From NCBI GenBank assembly GCA_946965045.2, contig OX337235.1:2232001-2296000 (forward strand): a stretch of 64,000 nucleotides of DNA, written 5' to 3'. The position numbers and the translations under genes were made by a program. Under the pieces are notes generated by a model. It did no database searches. It was not told where the DNA came from and was given only the letters and a program-made list of their open reading frames with translations. Below are positions 57,101 through 64,000 of this stretch, piece by piece; position 1 is the first letter of the stretch; every line of letters starts with the position of its first letter. This stretch comes from Epithemia pelagica. Its lineage: Eukaryota > Protista > Bacillariophyta.

Positions 57101-58416
57101 ACGTAAAACATGATGGACGACATAAAGCAAGACTTGTCGCAGATGGACATCTCACAAAAGAACCTGTTGAGACAATCTATTCAGGTGTTGTTTCCATTCG
57201 CAACCTCCGCATTGCCTTATTCCTGGGTACTTTGAATGACTTGGAAATATGGGGAGCAGATATTGGAAACGCATATCTGGAAGCCTTGATAGGGGAGAAG
57301 ATCTTCATTGTCGCAGGACCTGAATTCAAGGAATTAGAAGGTCACATCCTGATTATATACAAGGCACTTTATGGATTGAAGTCATCAGGCGCACGCTGGC
57401 ATGATGTCTTATTCGATGTTTTGACAGACATGGGATTTTCACCAAGCAAAGCAGATCCGGATATCTGGATGAGGAAAGCACCTGGAGAAGACTGTTACGA
57501 ATACATTGCCGTATATGTTGATGACTTAGCCATTATTTCTACTGATCCTGGGAATATCTGCAAGATCCTGAAGGAGAAATACAACTTCAAACTCAAAGGA
57601 GATGGACCTATTGATTTCCACTTGGGATGTTGTTACACCAAGGATTCTGATGGAACATTAGTAGCAGATCCAAGACGCTACATTGGTAAGATGATGGACA
57701 CTTTCAAACGAATCTTCAAGGAGAAACCCAAGAAAGCCAAAACACCTCTTATTGGTGGAGACCATCCTGAATTGGATGATTCTGAGCTCCTTGATGAAGA
57801 AGGTACTAGCCATTTCCAAACTCTGATTGGGGACGTCTTCACCGCTACAATGACGCTGTCACGCTTTCGTGCTGCTCCGAGGAAAGGACATCTTGATAGA
57901 GCCAAGCGTATCTATGGATACCTTGCACATCTCCCAGAGGGCGCAATCAGATTTAGGATTGGAGAGCCTGATTATTCAAGTCTTCCTACCCAAGAATTTG
58001 ATTGGACTCGCACTGTCTATTCGAATGCAAGTGAACGTATTCCTGAAGACTGCCCAACACCTCTTGGCCGCTATGTTACCACAACTCATTATGTTGATGC
58101 CAATCTCATGCATGACATAGTCACTGGTAAATCCGTCACTGCTGTTCTACATTTGTTGAACGGAACACCTATTGACTGGTACAGCAAGAGACAGAGCACG
58201 GTGGAAACTGCTACCTATGGATCCGAGTTTGTGGCTGCAAGGACAGCAATAGATCAGATTACAGAATTACGACATTCTCTCCGCTACCTTGGAGTACCTA
58301 TCCGAGAGCAAAGTTACATGTACGGAGATATCAGATCTGTTGTGCTCAATGCAACCGTTCCTCATTCCATACTATCCAAGAGACACCATCTTCTGTCATA
58401 CCACCGAGTTGGCTTC
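54158..58416 (+). pseudogene. element B pol (PR-IN-RT-RH) with frameshift (~55540), in-frame TGA stops (55618, 56245), internal deletion (~57830) and 3' truncation before the LTR
   Basis: LIDRGANGG; ATD/LISD/KAENR integrase triad; KARLVADGH, LYGLKSSG, YVDDL; YVDANL, TYGSEF; ends at YHRV with no PPT. Confidence 0.92.
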
Positions 58417-59200
58417 TGTTAGAATTCTCACCGTCTACGGTGGTTAGATTCTACATCTCATCGATTCCCCATGTCACATAGCCTTGTGCTATCGCATCAT
58501 GCCATCTAGCTTCGAGCTATGTTCCCTAGCTTCGCGCTATATCGATCTATATTTCTTTGCAAATCATGAAAAGTGAGAATAGATTGACGAACTCACTCTT
58601 AAGACTAAACTGGGTCGTGCGGTATTACAACGGACGTTAATTTGGTCGTTGCTCGGACATTATACTAACGCCCTAAGCGTACGCGCCCGAAATCATCGAG
58701 CGCGCCCAAGCGACATCCAAGCGCCGTCGGCATCTATCCGACCCAACGGTCTAAGTATCCCAAGCACGACACACGATCACGCGAGACCATATTTCCATTC
58801 CCACAATCTCCAAATTGTCAACAAGCTGCGCGCCATGAAAACAACTATGCCAATCCAAAGCAAGAGCTGTTGACCCTGTATATGTTATCCGTCCACATAT
58901 ACACGTCATATACATCACATGAATCGACTCCAACTATTCCAAACCTGTTGCCGCCAAGAACCTATGACACATGACCCTTGGCAGGACCGAACATTTCACG
59001 TAGACCTATCGTAGTAATCAACACACAATCTAACAATATCACCATTTATCACATCCTCTTTTGTGTCCCGACTATCCTTTTGATAGACTACAACTTGCTC
59101 TCCTCTCTTACCCGTGGAGAGGTTTGTATCGGTTGGTGACTACCTGATTGTCTGCTCTACCGAGCATCAATGTCCCTACGATTCAGAAAGAATTGTAACA
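58417..59200 (+). repeat. element B 3' LTR (784 bp)
   Basis: TG..CA ends with an 11/12 terminal inverted repeat; matches the 5' LTR fragments (3 mismatches in ~240 bp). Confidence 0.92.
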
Positions 59201-59205
59201 TTTTG

Positions 59206-60471
59206 GTGGGACATTGTTACGGAGCCAATTCGGACGGGGTGGTTTGCTCGGGGATCCGCTTTCTTGGTTTCCTTGGCGTTTCCCATCGGTCGCCGTCTTC
59301 TTGGATCGGTTCTGTTGCTTTTTCAGGGACTCCACTTGGGTCTGCAGCGCTAACACTTCTTTCTGTTGTTCTGTCGGCTGTTCCCATTCGTTCCTGGTTA
59401 GTCGCGTCTTGTAGAAGTTAACTGCCCGCAACATGAGTGTTGGGGCATCAACCTCGACTGATCCGTCCTCATGGCTGTTCTCAATGCCTTGGAGATAGAC
59501 CTTGAATTTGTCATCTTCCACGGCTCTGTAGCCTTTGAACAGGTTGACTACTAGATCGCTTGTGTTATGGCCTCTTGCTTTCAGACCATCGACTTGACTC
59601 TGGACGTAGGCGTTGAAAGCGACTAGGTCGCTTCCATTCTCCCTGATGTACTCGTCCAAGTTTGTCAAATTGAGTCTGATTGTTGATACTGTCGCGTTTG
59701 AGTCGAGGTAACTCTCGCGGACAATAATCTTAAACAAGCAGGCTCCCGCATCCATCCCATCTACCGTGTATTGGGATCGCCAGATTTGGATGCGTTGTGC
59801 TCCCTTCGCTTTAGGGAGTTCATCAGGAGGTCAAAGAGGATCTTGGAGTTTTGACTCATCCTGGATTCTTGGCTCAGGATCTCCTTCTCCCACTTGGTGA
59901 TGTCTTCCAGATGAGCTCTTCCGTAGTCCTTGATAATGTTGATGGCTCCATCGTTTGTGGGATTCCTTGGGTCCTTTGGTAGCATGGCATTTCCATGCGT
60001 AGTTGGTGAGTCGAGCATGCCTAGGTCCTTAGCTCGGTTTAGCAGTAGCGTGATGAACAGCTGGAACTTGCTCGGCTCGACGTCAAATTTGTCTTCGCTA
60101 CTGGAGAACAGGGACCGAGTCGCATTCTCGTAGTACTTGCGTCCTTCCTTCTGATGGAAGTTCAGCGTTTGATCCGTCCTTGCTTGCAACGGTGTGCGAA
60201 TGAACGGATTCCCTCCCGGAGGTGCTGCTCCCCCAGGAGCTCCCATGGCTGCGACTGCGCGGTCGATCGCCATCACGATTCGTTGTGTGGCGCTACCTAG
60301 CGCGTCGACAAGGTCTTGATTCATCACTTGACGTGCCTCGAGGTAATCGTCTTCCTCTTCCTCCTCCTCTTGCTCGTTGGGGTTTCCTTGATTGCCCGCA
60401 ACTGCTTCTTCTTCGTCTTCCGGCGCTCCGACGCCGCGTCGTGGATCTTCGCCGCGAGTGCGACGTGCCAT
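59206..60471 (-). pseudogene. element A gag N-part (ATG 60471), frameshift near 59810, cut by element B; the C-terminus with zinc-knuckle-like WWWC...HKPSEC is at ~50825-51125
   Basis: ...NSL / AKGAQRIQIW..DAGACLFKIIVRES continues across a 1-nt shift; NNVPPK|EGSERR is rejoined by removing B and one TTTTG. Confidence 0.88.
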
Positions 60472-60533
60472 TGTTGTGCTTGCGAATACTTCGGAAGGTC
60501 CGAAGGCGATTGATCGAGACTGTCGAGTGAACT

Positions 60534-60555
60534 GCACTTTAGCGCAGAGGAAGCG
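60534..60555 (-). promoter_or_regulatory. element A primer-binding site, complementary to nt ~2-24 (acceptor 5' strand plus D-arm) of initiator tRNA-Met
   Basis: Plus strand GCACTTTAGCGCAGAGGAAGCG(TG) versus the conserved eukaryotic tRNAi core GCGCAG[C/U]GGAAGCG[U/C]G. Confidence 0.75.
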
Positions 60556-60730
60556 TGTGAAAACTCTCCTACGGCCCAAGTAGATGAGTTGGACTCAGGT
60601 GGCAAAAGAGATTATGGTTAAGATCTAGAATGTTTGGATCTTTTAGGGATAGTGTAAAGGTCCCCAAAATTGTGTCGCGTATACGTTGTGACCGTTGAGC
60701 ACGCGAGGCGAGAATGCCATTATTTCAACA
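60556..60730 (-). repeat. element A 5' LTR
   Basis: 172/175 identical to 45758-45932. Confidence 0.95.
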
Positions 60731-61065
60731 TGAGGGTTTCTTGCACAACAAGAGGAAAAAGAGAGACAGTTGACCATGAACGAAATCATGCAACAGAAAT
60801 TAGAAATTAGGAGTAGGTCTCTATCTGTTGAAATTCATATAAATTTTTGTATGTAGACCCACGAAACAGTTTCCACACAGCGTTAGGTTGGAGAAAGAGC
60901 GAAAATATTTTTTGTGGCCTAGGATCAAGGAACACGTAGGTGCAAGATTAAAATTGTTGTCTATAAGAGCTATGTATTGTGGTTTACTCAGGCCCCAAGC
61001 CATTGTGGATTGAAGATTACATAATATATAATATCCCGCAGTCCTCTAGCAGAACAAACGCAGGT

Positions 61066-62235
61066 TCATATATCAGAGCCACGGGGGCTAACTGTTGCAG
61101 CTGCTACTCGAGCAACTGCCACCCCATGAGCAAAACAACGAGATGCCAAACTTGCCTCCGAGCATTCCTTGAAAAGCTTCTCATTGTCTGTATCATCATC
61201 CAGAGGCAAAGGCATTTTCATAACCCGGCGTCTTTCACGTTCATCGCGCAGTTTATCCAATAGGTCCAATACTCGTCCCCGTCGCCGATTCCCGTCGAAT
61301 CGGATCTCGTCAGCCAGTAGATGCTCTAGACCAACAAGCTGTGCTGTTTCCTTGTATAAGTCTTTAAGGCTATGTACCATGAGTTTGTAAGAGGGGGAGT
61401 TGTTATCATGGATGCATTCGTCTGATTCCGCATTGCAACCAACATCATAAGCTCGTATCATTTTCTTTCGCCATACTTCGGTTCTTCGTTTAAGCTTCGT
61501 AGTAATGTCATCCACAAGAGTTTCAAGTTCGGTTCTAAACGACTCCAAATGGTATCTGTCAAACCAAAGTTCATGGACCTCGTCTTCGCTCAAGACATTG
61601 TTCTCGTATGAAACATTCAAGGCCTCATCGAAACTCACCGTTTTCCGACAGGTTGGTCTGTCGGTAGACTCAGTCTTGACAATGCTCTTCTTCCTCGGGG
61701 GAACGGGAGAAAGCCCTAATGCCATCCCTCCATCCATACTCCCTCGCCGTTTCACATTGGACGAGCGAGAGGAAACAGAGGTCATGGACGACCTTCTTGA
61801 CACTCGTCTTTTTGTTGGGAAATCAGATCCGCTTTTTGATCGTTGCTTCAAGCTGGAACGTCTATCCCGTGGTGCTTTCTTGTTTCTGCTGTAGGGTTCC
61901 TCCTCTGGAGTCTCCGAGGATGATTCAAGCATCTGACTAGCCCTCTCCCTTCGTTTTGACCCTTCGTCTTTCCTCTTGCTTGACTTCCGTTCTTCTTTCC
62001 TCTTGCTGGATGACTTTCCATCCTCGTCTCGTTTAGAAGAAGTTCCATCTTCCTTCATACTACTTTTCTTCTTCTTCTTCTTTTTGATTGCATTTGATCC
62101 TCCATCAGACGAAGCGCTCGATGCATTCGCCACTAAAAAGGTTGACTCATTTGAGCCATCCGAAACCTCGTCCACCACAAGGGCTTCGACACCACTCCTG
62201 GTACTGTCAATGTGCGGACCAATTCTCATTGGCAT
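61066..62235 (-). CDS. uncharacterised protein, basic/Ser-rich N-half; V.F...LWF...GLE C-terminal motif of a diatom-type family
   Basis: 389-aa intact ORF; KTVSFDEALNV...ELWF...VGLEHLL...SEASLASR.FA. Confidence 0.7.
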   Translation of the reverse strand: MPMRIGPHIDSTRSGVEALVVDEVSDGSNESTFLVANASSASSDGGSNAIKKKKKKKSSMKEDGTSSKRDEDGKSSSKRKEERKSSKRKDEGSKRRERASQMLESSSETPEEEPYSRNKKAPRDRRSSLKQRSKSGSDFPTKRRVSRRSSMTSVSSRSSNVKRRGSMDGGMALGLSPVPPRKKSIVKTESTDRPTCRKTVSFDEALNVSYENNVLSEDEVHELWFDRYHLESFRTELETLVDDITTKLKRRTEVWRKKMIRAYDVGCNAESDECIHDNNSPSYKLMVHSLKDLYKETAQLVGLEHLLADEIRFDGNRRRGRVLDLLDKLRDERERRRVMKMPLPLDDDTDNEKLFKECSEASLASRCFAHGVAVARVAAATVSPRGSDI

Positions 62236-62853
62236 TGTCGATGCAACTCCTCTTGTTTACGTGGGATGAATGAAAGACGAGTTGTTCAAGGCGTGCAAAT
62301 GGTGTTAGTGGACGTTCGAATCGGTAATGCAAGAAGAGTGGTAAGGTCAGAGCGGCGAAAGCGATCTCACTCTTGCTCACCTTTGGAGTCCAAGATGCGA
62401 AATACTACAGTAAAAATGGAACAACATTTAAAATGTACTCGTAGTAGGCCGTTTTTCAGGTGTAGGGCCCCAAAATGCATTATGGCAGGTTGGGACTTGA
62501 CAGTCAGTACGAGTAGAGTCTGAAAAGCCCTAAGTATTGTAAGATATTCTATTGCTCCGTACCAACTAGCAAAAGACACCAGAGACTGCAATTAACCCCC
62601 TTAATCGTTAATGAAACCTTTTTCGATATCAGATTTAATGATATCCATATCATATAGATCTAAGCCCCCGTGACTTCAGTCACTTTCAAAAACTATTGCC
62701 TTTTCCGGGGGAATTATATGCGACCCAAACTTCACATAAGTCCCTTCAAGGAATCAACGTCAAACAGGATCCAAGTATTCGTGACTCAAAAGATACATGT
62801 TCCGTCAGTGTCAACACCGCAAGAGCTACTTTTGATTGGACACCAGTTCGACG

Positions 62854-64000
62854 ATGATGCCTCCGTTTCACCGTTCAATGGCCACCTTTGTTGCCTTTCT
62901 TTTCTTCTGGTCGGTTGCGGTTCAAGCTGAGGGAAGTTTCAGAGCAAGGCGCGCAGGGACCTCGTTGGCAGTTTCCCACACAACGACACTCCCGAAAGAT
63001 ACCGACAAGCCATTCTTGACACGCTACTGCAAAGAAACCAAAAGGTATGTTACAGGAACAGTGAGCTTTCTCTCTTTGATAGATTATTTGCTGACAAATG
63101 TCCCGTTGTATTGTTTGAACTGCTGTCGTTCACTCGATCGTCGATATGTGTTGACAGCCTTCCGTCCATTCCACGCGGTGGAGCTAGTAAAAAAGAGGAA
63201 GAAGGTGATTCATGGGAGCTTTCTGGTAAAAAAGTTTCCGTTGCACTGTTTGCGTTTGCCCTGCAGCAAGTGCTGACCAGGATTATCGATCCTAAGCAAG
63301 CTTCGCTTCCATCCCCTTCGAAAAAAGGACGAGTCATCGATAATGTGGTCGAAGGAACCACGGGGGCTAGTGAAACATCCGACGGAGCTACAATGCCAGA
63401 ACATGTTTTGTAAGTGAACCACAGGATCCTCGTCCTCTAATATGATACGAAACTGACGCAAAATGTGTGTTGAACGAATCCTGCAGCAATATGGTCAAGG
63501 GAATTGTTGGCGTTGGAGTGCTGAGTATTCCATCTGGTATTGCTGCGTTTGGCAATCATAAATCCGCTATTATTCCAGCAGTCACGATTATTGCCTTGAT
63601 CGGAGTATTGTCGGCCATTGGTTTTTCTTGGACGGGAGAAGTTTGTGACGTGTTGGTCCAGGACAAGACGAATGAAATTTCTGCTCCGTCGTACCGCGAA
63701 GCCTGGAGCTACAGTATTTCCGACGAGTCGTCATGGATTCCAGCCGTGTCTACAACGAGTATGACCTTCATTGCCTGTTTGTGTTTCTCGATGGTTCTAG
63801 CGGACAGTTTGACTGATCTTGTGAAACCGATAGTGTCTGCTGCAGGAAGAACTTCAGTGTTATGGACCGTGACTGGAATCATTCTATTGCCTTTGTGTTG
63901 GATGAAAGATCTGAAGAGTTTGGCACCCTTCTCTCTCCTGGGTGTATTGGGTATGGCGTACACCGGGCTAGCCATGGCTGGTCGTTTCTTGCATGGCAGC
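62854..64000 (+). CDS. amino acid transporter (Aa_trans/AAAP family) with signal peptide; introns 63045-63157 and 63410-63486; runs off the window
   Basis: Splicing gives HVFNMVKGIVGVGVLSIP..IAAFG...SYREAW...LLPLCWMKDLKSLAPFSLLG. Confidence 0.88.

Larger units (their letters stand above)
51131..59200 (+). mobile_element. Ty1/copia (CoDi-type) LTR retrotransposon B nested antisense in the gag of A; degenerate
   Basis: TTTTG TSD at 51126-51130 and 59201-59205; ends TGTTAGAATTCT...AGAATTGTAACA; gag, PR, IN, RT, RH motifs. Confidence 0.95.
45758..60730 (-). mobile_element. Ty1/copia (CoDi-type) LTR retrotransposon A, interrupted and rearranged
   Basis: 175-bp LTRs (3 mismatches) with TG..CA ends, TGAGGG duplicated at 45752-45757 and 60731-60736, gag-PR-IN-RT-RH order, PPT and PBS. 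Confidence 0.95.

Noticed and set aside
1-64000. tRNA, rRNA or snRNA genes
   Set aside because: None recognised; the only tRNA-like sequences are the two short PBS segments

Overview
Eukaryotic nuclear DNA, most likely a diatom: compact genes, short GT-AG introns, bipartite plastid-targeting N-termini, CoDi-type copia elements and an Ambal-like LINE. About 27.5 kb (~43%) is mobile DNA. (1) A near full-length APE-RT-RNaseH LINE (740-8835, -) has a probable TSD and an oligo-T rather than poly-A sense 3' end. (2) A compact four-ORF cassette (34736-39145) is built around a PIF/Harbinger/ISL2EU-type DDE nuclease and bracketed by two co-oriented arrays of an 11-bp repeat. (3) A nest of two Ty1/copia elements spans 45758-60730: element A (-, 175-bp LTRs, 6-bp TSD) is interrupted in gag by element B (+, 784-bp LTR, 5-bp TSD), with an 817-bp chimeric inverted repeat beside a 200-N gap. 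Both copia primer-binding sites match internal tRNA segments rather than a tRNA 3' end: initiator tRNA-Met nt ~2-24 for A and the tRNA-Asn anticodon arm for B. Host genes include HTTM+ShKT, a lipoyl protein lacking the catalytic core, DNAJC2/zuotin, TM-PDZ, RCE1, organellar RF2, a frameshifted STAND ATPase-TPR, an XRN-family nuclease with a targeting peptide and dsRBD-like repeats, an EDR2_C/CRAL-TRIO lipid-transfer protein, a plastid membrane protein, a polyQ protein, GINS Psf2 and an amino acid transporter. All family calls come from motif recognition by eye; no searches were run.
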